64,000 nt of DNA from a gamma proteobacterium SCGC AAA076-P13 (GTDB lineage: Bacteria > Pseudomonadota > Gammaproteobacteria > Magnimaribacterales > D2472). Numbering within the stretch: the stretch's first letter is position 1; each line of letters opens with the position of its first letter. Of the stretch, positions 17,144 through 24,791 are shown one piece after another. A program made the translations under genes and the position numbers. The notes beneath the pieces are model-generated. The model did not search any database. It was not told the DNA's origin and saw only the letters and a program-made list of their open reading frames with translations. The stretch is from NCBI GenBank assembly GCA_000384935.1, contig ARRA01000001.1:167810-231809 (forward strand). Direction: 5' to 3'.

Positions 17144-17539
17144 ATGAGTAAATTTATTACAGTATTAGTGATATCCGTTATTGGGTTTAATACACATGCT
17201 GATGAATTAAAGGAAGAATCTAGATGCATCAAAGATTCTTTAATTCAAATATTAAAATCTGATCAATCTAAAAAAGAAAGACAGATCGTATTTAATGATA
17301 CTAGTGACGATCTAGAATTAAAAAAACTATTACAGAGACTGATACCAGGCTCAGAAAATAAAACCTTCTATGTAGTTGATCTGGATACTTTATGGGATTG
17401 GGATAGAGCAAATGGAATGCAGTACATATACAAGATTCTTGATCTAATGAATAGAAACTATGATTTAGAACCTATTAGTCCTGCATTGAAGACTAAATAC
17501 CTTGAAGAGTCTAAGTTCAGGTGTGAAGGCCTAAATTAA
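17144..17539 (+). CDS. secreted hypothetical protein
   Basis: 131 aa. The N-terminus has a hydrophobic signal-like segment. I recognise no motif. Confidence 0.45.
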   Translation: MSKFITVLVISVIGFNTHADELKEESRCIKDSLIQILKSDQSKKERQIVFNDTSDDLELKKLLQRLIPGSENKTFYVVDLDTLWDWDRANGMQYIYKILDLMNRNYDLEPISPALKTKYLEESKFRCEGLN

Positions 17540-17563
17540 TAGACCTTCATCGATTAGAACATC

Positions 17564-17986
17564 TTACCTTTTAAAACCATTTATTAAGCTTCTATGATCC
17601 TTGGTGAAAGCTGACATGGCCTCTTTAAGCTCATCGCTAGTATCTCCCATTACTTGAAAATTAGTAATGATAAAGGTATCAATAAACTGTTCCTTATGCG
17701 AAGCCTTATCAAATGCATTCATGTGAAATAGAGCATCCTCATTACTATGATAGACCTCCATTAAAGATACTTTTGATTTGTCCTCTGAGATCCAGTACTT
17801 ATAGTACATTGTCTTAGGTTCTGTTTTTTTTACTGTTTTCACTAGATAATCTACGAAGCCTTGAACGCTGCCAGATTTGCCCTCAGCAACATCCATATCT
17901 AGATAAAAAATTATAGGTTCAGACTTGTGATGCATAGCCATCAGAAATGATGGCACCAGCATGGTTAGTAATAATAATTTTTTCAT
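17564..17986 (-). CDS. secreted ABM (antibiotic-biosynthesis-monooxygenase/Dabb fold)-like protein
   Basis: 140 aa. Signal peptide, then TEPKTMYYKYWISEDKSKVSLMEVYHSNEDALFHMN, which resembles the ABM core (EPGC..Y......F...E.W.s.eAl..H). Confidence 0.55.
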   Translation of the reverse strand: MKKLLLLTMLVPSFLMAMHHKSEPIIFYLDMDVAEGKSGSVQGFVDYLVKTVKKTEPKTMYYKYWISEDKSKVSLMEVYHSNEDALFHMNAFDKASHKEQFIDTFIITNFQVMGDTSDELKEAMSAFTKDHRSLINGFKR

Positions 17987-17996
17987 TTAGCTCCCC

Positions 17997-18821
17997 TTAA
18001 TTGGATGGAAAAGTGGGCATGAAATCTTTATCATCTGCATTATATAAAGTGAACCCATGGTACAAGTCAGGGACCTCTCCACAGGATGCAAATGTGCTAA
18101 ATATTGGGAACATTGTTTCCCTAACGCTTGTCTCAAATGAATCATTTGCTTTGTTCATCGACTCCTCGCTATTTGTAAAATTAGCCCAAAGAAACCCACC
18201 ACTTCCGTCAACATTGAAGTAATTTCCTAAGTGATAAGAGGTATCTGAATAATCTGCATTAGCGACGGCTTCTGTAAAACCTGATAGGAAACTTATTGCT
18301 TCTTCTTGTGAAGAGCCATCATTTAACTCGCAGATATGAACCTCACCATAGAAGTATCCTGAATCAGGAAGCTCACCATATTGAGCAGAAGCTATAGGAA
18401 AAACGCTCTCGAAACCATTTATGAGTGATTCATCGCACTGAAGTACAGATGCATACTTTTCATTCCATGCAGCAGCTTCTTTATTTTGAGACCATTCTGA
18501 CCATGCTTCTTGTGCCTCTTCTTTTGAGCCCCATTGAATTTCCCACCAACCGTTATCTGGAAAAGAGTTTGTAGCTACAGCTGGTGCATAACCCCAGACA
18601 CCTTGAAGATTTTCATTGGTAAGCAGCTTTTGCCATTCAGCGATCATACTTGTCATATTCTCAGATGTATAATCTGGTCCTGCGGTGCAGGGCATAAATT
18701 CAGTGTAATAAACCTTTGAAAGCCTATCCTCAACTGAATTAGTTGATGCGTCACTAGATTCCTCCATAGAGCAACTGACAATAAATACCAAAGGTAAAAT
18801 AAAATTAAATATGTTTTTCAT
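17997..18821 (-). CDS. lipoprotein of unknown function with two internal repeats; distant paralogue of 3141..3917
   Basis: 274 aa. Lipobox FIVSC. Repeat halves are YYTEFMPCTAG...WWEIQWGSKEEAQEAWSEW...LQCDE and YFYGEVHICELNDG...FLWANFTNSEESMNKA...FASCGE. It ends 10 nt upstream of 17564..17986. Confidence 0.6.
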   Translation of the reverse strand: MKNIFNFILPLVFIVSCSMEESSDASTNSVEDRLSKVYYTEFMPCTAGPDYTSENMTSMIAEWQKLLTNENLQGVWGYAPAVATNSFPDNGWWEIQWGSKEEAQEAWSEWSQNKEAAAWNEKYASVLQCDESLINGFESVFPIASAQYGELPDSGYFYGEVHICELNDGSSQEEAISFLSGFTEAVANADYSDTSYHLGNYFNVDGSGGFLWANFTNSEESMNKANDSFETSVRETMFPIFSTFASCGEVPDLYHGFTLYNADDKDFMPTFPSN

Positions 18822-19036
18822 AATTCTCCCTATTATGTAATTGAATATTTATTCTCTCATTTGGTAAGAGCATGTCAAATATTAAAAAAACATATAATTT
18901 TTAGATCTAAATAATAGGGATGATAGGTATATTGCAAGATACTAAAAGTAGAAGGCTTGAGATAATTATTAATATTTTCATAATGGATTGATTTATTAAA
19001 AAGTTAATTATAGTGGATAAAGAAGGGTTTTCATTT

Positions 19037-19543
19037 CTATAAATCAAGTTTTACTGACTGGCAAAAATCGTCTTTAGAAATAATAACTTCTTTTTGTTGG
19101 CCTGAAATTTTTTCCCTATAAAAACATACTCTAAAATCACGATCATCAGTAATTCTAGAATGAACTAAATTAAAAGTTTTTTCTATTTGTTTCTTTGCTG
19201 GCGCTTGCGTTGATCTTTGGTTGACAGGTAATTTTATAGACTTGTTTTCAGCACTTGCCATTGCTCGACTCTGCATTTTATTGATTTGACTTTGCCTTGA
19301 ACTCATCACGGCATAAATTGCTTGCTTATACTTATTACAGTCAAGATCCCTATTTTGTATTTCAGCCTCAAGTTTAGAAAGATCATTTTTAGAAAGGGAC
19401 TGGTTAGTAACAGCATTCACGCATAACGTGATGTTATTCATTGATTTAGCGTCTATAGAACTTAGGCCTATTAAATTACAAGCAACTAAATTAATTATCA
19501 AAAATATATAAATTATTAAATTTCTAATGAGAAGCTCCTGCAT
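19037..19543 (-). CDS. hypothetical lipoprotein
   Basis: 168 aa. Hydrophobic N-terminus with NLVAC. No recognised domain. Confidence 0.45.
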   Translation of the reverse strand: MQELLIRNLIIYIFLIINLVACNLIGLSSIDAKSMNNITLCVNAVTNQSLSKNDLSKLEAEIQNRDLDCNKYKQAIYAVMSSRQSQINKMQSRAMASAENKSIKLPVNQRSTQAPAKKQIEKTFNLVHSRITDDRDFRVCFYREKISGQQKEVIISKDDFCQSVKLDL

Positions 19544-19655
19544 ACCTGAATGTTAAAAGTTATAAGATATTTGATCAATATAATTTTATATTATTATGAA
19601 AAACCTCAATAATTCCTCTTTGATTTATCTTACATTATGGGTGCTATGATAAACC

Positions 19656-19874
19656 ATGATAAAAAAGCAGAATAACAACCCATTACATGGAATTACATTA
19701 AAAAAGATTGTTACAAGCCTTGTTGACTACTATGGATGGGCAGCTCTTTCCAAGCAAATTGATATCAACTGCTTTAAGAGCAATCCCTCTATTAAGTCAT
19801 CATTAAAATTTCTAAGAAAAACACCCTGGGCTAGAGAAAAGGTTGAGGCTTTATATTTAGCTATTTCAAATTAA
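19656..19874 (+). CDS. DUF2132/VF530-like small protein
   Basis: 72 aa. [61 protein letters not shown] matches my memory of this conserved family. Confidence 0.7.
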   Translation: MIKKQNNNPLHGITLKKIVTSLVDYYGWAALSKQIDINCFKSNPSIKSSLKFLRKTPWAREKVEALYLAISN

Positions 19875-19912
19875 ATTTGACCTATCTTAATAAAAAAAAT
19901 GTTTTATAGAGT

Positions 19913-20164
19913 ATGAGGAAATCTAGTCTATACCCCCTTCTTTTATTGTGCATTCCTTTGATTGGAAATATTTTTGTTGATGGTTTTAATTGGAGTTTTT
20001 TTGATTTTATAATTATGGGTTCCCTAATACTGTTATTTAGTAGCGGTATAAATCTAGTTTTATTAAGACAGAAGTCTACCCTATATCGCGGAACAGTTAT
20101 TGGGGTATTGGTTTTAGTATTTCTGATAATTTGGGCTGAATTGGCAGTTGGTATTTGGAGCTAG
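19913..20164 (+). CDS. small membrane protein (hypothetical)
   Basis: 83 aa with three hydrophobic segments. Its 3' end overlaps repeat copy A. Confidence 0.4.
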   Translation: MRKSSLYPLLLLCIPLIGNIFVDGFNWSFFDFIIMGSLILLFSSGINLVLLRQKSTLYRGTVIGVLVLVFLIIWAELAVGIWS

Positions 20165-20216
20165 GAGTTTTTTCATCGATCAATAATGCCATAACCAATT
20201 GTCAAAATAAAACTCA
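20158..20216 (-). repeat. copy A of a ~59-nt direct repeat: duplicated 5' UTR plus the first 6 codons of the 21405..21794 gene
   Basis: GAGCTAGGAGTTTTTTCATC (20 nt identical), 4 nt different, AATAATGCCATAA (13 nt identical), then a similar A-rich tail ending AAACTCA. On the minus strand the remnant reads MKKLLA and stops after 20 codons. Confidence 0.8.
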
Positions 20217-20233
20217 TTGTTTAGGATAAGGGT

Positions 20234-20509
20234 ATGAAAAAATTTATATTGTTGTTACTGACATTACCTTTGATAATCACTGCTGATTCAACTCAAGACA
20301 AGAGATTGGTATCAGAACTTTCAATCAATGAACTAAAAGAGATCGTTAGGAGTATTGTGGAAGAGAGTATTGAGCAATGTGTTGTAACTGGAACAATGGA
20401 AGGAAGAGCAAAAGTTAATCTAAAAGTTGAAGGCGAAGTTATTGCCAAAATGGAATGTGAGTTTGTTAAGCCAAATAAATTAGAGCCCTCAAAAGAATCA
20501 TCTAGTTAA
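20234..20509 (+). CDS. small secreted hypothetical protein
   Basis: 91 aa. Signal peptide MKKFILLLLTLPLIITA. Confidence 0.45.
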   Translation: MKKFILLLLTLPLIITADSTQDKRLVSELSINELKEIVRSIVEESIEQCVVTGTMEGRAKVNLKVEGEVIAKMECEFVKPNKLEPSKESSS

Positions 20510-20847
20510 ATATATTCATCAAAGAGATCTTCGTATTCAACTTCTAAACTTTTATAAAGCTCATAAAGTTTTATGAAGTCCTTGTTGTCTCCATGTTTCT
20601 TTCTATATCTTGCAAAGACACCATCAATGGTTAGTGATAAAGATGTCCATACATGTTGTTTTTCTTCGAGATGAAGTTCTCCAAAGATAAACTCTACATC
20701 TGCTCTTGTATTTTGTGACCTCTCCTCTATTTCAATAACCAACTCATCATACTGATCGACAGCTAAGTCTAATATTTGAGTCATATGGTCAATGAACTCT
20801 ATGAAAGTTCCTTTCTTGAACTCACCTATGTTTGTAACTGATGCCAT
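20506..20847 (-). CDS. acidic cytoplasmic hypothetical protein
   Basis: 113 aa, with no signal peptide and no recognised motif. Confidence 0.45.
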   Translation of the reverse strand: MASVTNIGEFKKGTFIEFIDHMTQILDLAVDQYDELVIEIEERSQNTRADVEFIFGELHLEEKQHVWTSLSLTIDGVFARYRKKHGDNKDFIKLYELYKSLEVEYEDLFDEYI

Positions 20848-20907
20848 TGGTAGTATTAAAATTTATTGTTATCGAGATTATAGAACCTTTAAATTGAACG
20901 GCTCAAT

Positions 20908-21327
20908 CTAGTTTAATAAATTAGAAATTAGCCCTCTCATTGTAGTCCTATTATCTACAGTCCATCCAAAGTAATTTAGAACAAAGTCAGCAAAGAAATA
21001 TAAACATGCTAAATAAAACAAAAGACATAGAGTCGCTATAAGAATAGCTATAAAAAACTTAAACAGCTCATAACCTGATAAGTTATCTATAATTTCATTC
21101 ATACGCTTTTCATGAAAAAATATTGATATACGGCTTGTTAAATTATTAGCTAAGTTATTAGATTTTAAATAATAAAAAATAAATTTGTGAATAAGAAAAA
21201 GAAGGTAAGAAAATATAAAAACTAGAATTATCGACTCAAGGCTTACTGGTGCGCATTTATCTGACCAGTCAAAATAGGTTTTCCACCAACTGTTAGATAT
21301 TGTTTCAGATAAGCATTGAATTAACAT
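20908..21327 (-). CDS. membrane protein (hypothetical)
   Basis: 139 aa with two long hydrophobic segments. Confidence 0.45.
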   Translation of the reverse strand: MLIQCLSETISNSWWKTYFDWSDKCAPVSLESIILVFIFSYLLFLIHKFIFYYLKSNNLANNLTSRISIFFHEKRMNEIIDNLSGYELFKFFIAILIATLCLLFYLACLYFFADFVLNYFGWTVDNRTTMRGLISNLLN

Positions 21328-21404
21328 GTGATAATGAGATTGAGGTTATTTTTGATTAAAAAAAGATAGTTTAATATAGGTGTAGGTTTATTAGATTTGA
21401 ATAT

Positions 21405-21794
21405 TTATATGACATAAGTAAATCTATGCATTACATCACTCACTTCATATTCTTGCATTGGATAAGTTAATTTTTTAGTAGCTTTAATTGCAGATTTATT
21501 GAATAGATTACATTCAAATAATTCTTTAAATTCACCATATTCAGGTTTGTGTGTTGAGCAGAAACCTTCAATGGCTTTGATATTTTTTACAGAACCATTT
21601 TTACGGATTGTGAAGCTCGTTACAACATACCCACTAAGATTTTTATTCAATGCCTTGGAGGGATAAAATGGGTTCACCTTAAAGGTTGGAATATAAGAAG
21701 GTGTTTCATTTATGCAAGATTCACCTTCACATTTTATAATCATATCTTCACTAACCAAAGGCGATAGAAGTAATAGAGCTAGGAGTTTTTTCAT
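21405..21794 (-). CDS. secreted protein with a TonB-C-terminal-like domain
   Basis: 129 aa. Signal peptide, then NPFYPSKALNKNLSGYVVTSFTIRKNGSVKNIKAIEG, which resembles the TonB_C core (P.YP..A...g.eG.V.v.f.i..dG.v). Confidence 0.5.
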   Translation of the reverse strand: MKKLLALLLLSPLVSEDMIIKCEGESCINETPSYIPTFKVNPFYPSKALNKNLSGYVVTSFTIRKNGSVKNIKAIEGFCSTHKPEYGEFKELFECNLFNKSAIKATKKLTYPMQEYEVSDVMHRFTYVI

Positions 21795-21834
21795 CCCTTA
21801 ATAATGCCATAATCTAGGTGTAATAAAAACTCAC
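21777..21834 (-). repeat. copy B of the ~59-nt direct repeat (functional 5' end of 21405..21794)
   Basis: Same 20-nt and 13-nt identical blocks as copy A. It contains the ATG at 21794 and the upstream leader. Confidence 0.8.
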
Positions 21835-22050
21835 ACCCTTCTTGGTTCGTTTGCTAAGATAGAACCTATGAGAAACATTAAAAACAGAAACCTTAGAGAT
21901 ATTTTTTATTTAGTAATGGGTTTTTGTATTGGTCTTAATTTGGGTGGCGTTATTTTTGCTTAAATCAAATCTAGTTAACACCCCAAAACCTTTCAAAATA
22001 TTCAACCACTAGATATATACCCACCCCACCCGGCTGGTACTCCTGCCCCG

Positions 22051-22150
22051 TGGACACATTTTTATAATGTATGGAAACATTTGTGGAAACATGCGTTTTG
22101 TAGAAATGCTTAATCTATCAGGGTGGTGCATGGAAACACTATGGAAACAT
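22051..22150. repeat. five direct copies of a TGGAAACA(T/C) motif in the intergenic DNA downstream of tRNA-Glu
   Basis: TGGACACAT 22051, TGGAAACAT 22072, TGGAAACAT 22084, TGGAAACAC 22131, TGGAAACAT 22142. Two tight pairs have 12-nt and 11-nt periodicity. Confidence 0.75.
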
Positions 22151-22157
22151 CACCCAT

Positions 22158-22181
22158 AAAAAAAGCCTACAGTTGTAGGCT
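22158..22181 (-). terminator. intrinsic terminator after tRNA-Glu
   Basis: Stem AGCCTAC (22164-22170), loop AGTT, stem GTAGGCT (22175-22181). The A-run at 22158-22164 gives a T-run on the minus strand. It lies 12 nt past the tRNA 3' end. Confidence 0.7.
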
Positions 22182-22192
22182 TCTTAGTAAAT

Positions 22193-22268
22193 TGGCATCC
22201 CGTAGGGGAGTCGAACCCCTGTTGCCGAGATGAAAACCCGGTGTCCTAGGCCTCTAGACGAACGGGAC
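22193..22268 (-). tRNA. tRNA-Glu (anticodon UUC)
   Basis: The reverse complement GTCCCGTTCGTCTAGAGGCCTAGGACACCGGGTTTTCATCTCGGCAACAGGGGTTCGACTCCCCTACGGGATGCCA is close to E. coli tRNA-Glu. Anticodon loop TTTTCAT, encoded CCA, 76 nt. Confidence 0.95.
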
Positions 22269-22282
22269 TAGATGCGAAACGT

Positions 22283-22310
22283 ATTATATGGAATCGAGAG
22301 CAATTAGCAA
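22283..22310 (-). promoter_or_regulatory. candidate sigma-70 promoter for tRNA-Glu
   Basis: On the minus strand: TTGCTA (22310-22305), a 16-nt spacer, then TATAAT (22288-22283), ending 14 nt before the tRNA 5' end. Confidence 0.5.
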
Positions 22311-22321
22311 AGGGAAAAAAC

Positions 22322-23047
22322 TTATTTTATCTTCTTATTTATAGCTGCTAAAAAACCTCTGAGAAAACTAGCTTCCATCTCATCGGGATGGAGCCTACTG
22401 AACATTCTTTTTATTCTAGAAATAATTTTCTTTGGGTTATCTGGATGAATGACATCAATGTTTACTGCCGTTTCAATAAAGTGATCTATGAGCATCTGCA
22501 AGTTAGCAGAATCAACTTCCGGATAGTCATGCCAATCTCTCGCCTCGGTATTATTGGAGGCTTTAAAAATCTCATAACATAGAATCTGTGCAGACATAGC
22601 TAAGTTAAGAACCGGGTATTCTGGATTGGCGGGAATCTCGATATGGGTGTTAGCTAATTGAAGCTCCTCATTGGTAAGACCCCTATCCTCCCTTCCAAAT
22701 AATATTGAGACGCCCTTCTCGTTATTTGATTGATCACAAATAGTTGATGCGGCTTGCTCTGAATTTAATGTTGGCCACTGGATAGTTCTGTTTCTTGACG
22801 AAGTTGCATACACATAAGTACTGTCCTTAATTGCTTCTTCGATTGAAGTAAAGACCGATGCGCTTTCAAGCACATCGGTAGCATTACCCGATAGAGCATT
22901 TGCCTCACCCGAAGGAAAGTTTCTAGGGTTCACCAAGGAAAGCCTTGAAAGACCCATGGTTTTCATAGCTCTTGCCACCGAACCAATGTTACCTGGGTGA
23001 GATGTTTCTACTAAAACAATATTAATTAAATTACTTTGTAAACTCAT
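22322..23047 (-). CDS. trmJ: tRNA (cytidine/uridine-2'-O)-methyltransferase TrmJ (SpoU family)
   Basis: 241 aa. IVLVETSHPGNIGSVARAMKTMGL, FGREDRGLTNEEL and PANPEYPVLNLAMSAQI are near-identical blocks to E. coli TrmJ. It is divergent from suhB, as in E. coli. Confidence 0.9.
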   Translation of the reverse strand: MSLQSNLINIVLVETSHPGNIGSVARAMKTMGLSRLSLVNPRNFPSGEANALSGNATDVLESASVFTSIEEAIKDSTYVYATSSRNRTIQWPTLNSEQAASTICDQSNNEKGVSILFGREDRGLTNEELQLANTHIEIPANPEYPVLNLAMSAQILCYEIFKASNNTEARDWHDYPEVDSANLQMLIDHFIETAVNIDVIHPDNPKKIISRIKRMFSRLHPDEMEASFLRGFLAAINKKIK

Positions 23048-23082
23048 ATGCCTATTATCTCCATTTCCATTACAATAGCGAC

Positions 23083-23880
23083 ATGTCTATACCAGCTTTA
23101 TTAAATGTAAATCAACTTGCGGCCCGAAAAGGAGCTCATGAGCTTGAGTTTTCAGTAAAAAAAGTACACAGCCTCGATACGTCTAAGGGTGGTCCTGAGG
23201 GATACCTTAAGGCTATAAAAAGAAGAGTAGAGGAAATGGTAATAGAAGAGATCAGAAGGTTCTATCCTGAGGACAACTTTTTCGGAACAGAAACTGGTTC
23301 AGAAGTGAACAACTCAAATATCACTTGGCTTTTAAAGGCTATTGATGGTGAAACAAACTTCATAAATGGATATCCTCACTTTGCAATTTCTTTGTGCTCA
23401 ATGATCGACTCAGTTCCAACGACAGCGGTAATAATTGATCCTGTTAGAAGAGAAGAGTTCTCTGCCTCAAAAGGTGCAGGTGCTGATCTGAACAATGGAA
23501 AGATCAGAGTAAGTAAACAAAATGGTCTTGATGATTCAATACTAACTTACTCAACCTCAAAAGATGTTCCAAAGGATTATGTATATGATTTTGAGCAAAC
23601 ATACAAAGAGCTAGCGAATCAAAACCTAGCAATCAGAAATTCAGGATCTATAGCACTTGATCTTGCTTATATTGCCACAGGAAGACTGGATGGCATGTGG
23701 GCGCACAATGTTAGATTATGGGATGTAGCTGCCGGCTTGTTAATAGCTCAAGAATCTGGAGCATTGATTAGTAACTTTAACGGTGATCCAAAATACCTTG
23801 ATGGAGATCACTTCGTTTGTTCTACACCAAAGGTATATAAGTCGATTTTAAAATCAGTTAAGCCTTACTTTAAAGCCTAA
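23083..23880 (+). CDS. suhB: inositol monophosphatase family protein SuhB (variant active-site motif)
   Basis: 265 aa. ETNFINGYPHFAISL, RNSGSIALDLAYIATGRLDG and WDVAAG match SuhB. The canonical W-x-(I/V)-DP-x-DGT reads WLLKAIDGET. Confidence 0.82.
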   Translation: MSIPALLNVNQLAARKGAHELEFSVKKVHSLDTSKGGPEGYLKAIKRRVEEMVIEEIRRFYPEDNFFGTETGSEVNNSNITWLLKAIDGETNFINGYPHFAISLCSMIDSVPTTAVIIDPVRREEFSASKGAGADLNNGKIRVSKQNGLDDSILTYSTSKDVPKDYVYDFEQTYKELANQNLAIRNSGSIALDLAYIATGRLDGMWAHNVRLWDVAAGLLIAQESGALISNFNGDPKYLDGDHFVCSTPKVYKSILKSVKPYFKA

Positions 23881-24791
23881 AGAATATCATCAAAGTCAGC
23901 GCCTTCAGGCTCTGGTATCGCTAAGTCCTCTTGGGTAAGTGTTAATGACATAAGCATGTTTGCAACAACATATATCGATGAGTAGGTTCCTACAACAACA
24001 CCTAAGATTAACGCAAGACTGAAGCCTTTAATCATCTCTCCGCCAAAAATAAATAAGGCAAAAAGTACAAGCAAGGTTGTTAATGATGTGACGACCGTTC
24101 TTCCAAGAGTTTGATTCAGAGATAGGTCAATCATGCCCTGGGGACCTAGCTCCCTTTGAGTTCTAAAGTTCTCTCTGATTCTATCGGATACTACTATAGT
24201 GTCATTAAGTGAGTAGCCTATAACCGCAAGGAGTGCTGCAAGCACAGTAAGATCAAAGTCCCAACCAAATATAGAGAATAGTCCAAGAATAATTACAACA
24301 TCATGACCAAGAGCCGATACCGCTCCCAATGCAAATTTATATTGGAATCTGAATGCTACATAAAAAAGAATCATAAATAGCGCTACTAGCATACCAAGAC
24401 CACCCTGGTCTCTTAGCTCAGCTCCGACCTGCGGCCCTACAAACTCAACTCTTTTAAGTTCTCCACTAAAGCCATTGGATTCTAATAGATTATAAATATT
24501 TTCACCAACCGAGCTATTGCCGTTCTGATCAGCAACTTTAATTAGTACGTCTAAGTTAGTTCCAAAGTTGACTACCTGAGAATCGTCATAGCCGTTGTCG
24601 ATAAGTGTGTTTCTAATTGACTCAAGCTCAACCGGAGTCTCGTATGTGACTTCTACTAATGTGCCGCCACTAAAGTCTAGGCCTAAGCTAAGACCTCTGA
24701 ACGTTAGAGACAGAACAGAAACTGTAAACAGAGCGATAGATGCCATAGCGGCAATCTTTCTGTACTTCATGAATTGGAATCTAATATCCAT
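23877..24791 (-). CDS. secF: protein translocase subunit SecF
   Basis: 304 aa. GLDFSGGT, polytopic C-terminal half, located directly after secD. Confidence 0.95.
   Translation of the reverse strand: MDIRFQFMKYRKIAAMASIALFTVSVLSLTFRGLSLGLDFSGGTLVEVTYETPVELESIRNTLIDNGYDDSQVVNFGTNLDVLIKVADQNGNSSVGENIYNLLESNGFSGELKRVEFVGPQVGAELRDQGGLGMLVALFMILFYVAFRFQYKFALGAVSALGHDVVIILGLFSIFGWDFDLTVLAALLAVIGYSLNDTIVVSDRIRENFRTQRELGPQGMIDLSLNQTLGRTVVTSLTTLLVLFALFIFGGEMIKGFSLALILGVVVGTYSSIYVVANMLMSLTLTQEDLAIPEPEGADFDDIL

Noticed and set aside
21868-21963. An unlisted 31-codon plus-strand ORF (MRNIKNRNLRDIFYLVMGFCIGLNLGGVIFA) as a small membrane protein gene.
   Set aside because: It is too short to support from sequence alone and has no clear ribosome-binding site. 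It is mentioned only because repeat copy B lies just upstream of it.
22051-22150. The TGGAAACA repeats as a CRISPR array or miniature mobile element.
   Set aside because: The repeats are only 9 nt, irregularly spaced (12, 47 and 11 nt), with no spacer-like unique segments of regular size. There are no cas genes and no terminal inverted repeats.
17144-22268. The tRNA-Glu-adjacent block as an intact integrative element or prophage.
   Set aside because: I can find no integrase, excisionase, phage or conjugation genes, and no duplicated copy of the tRNA 3' end. At most it is an old or degraded island or a hypervariable region.
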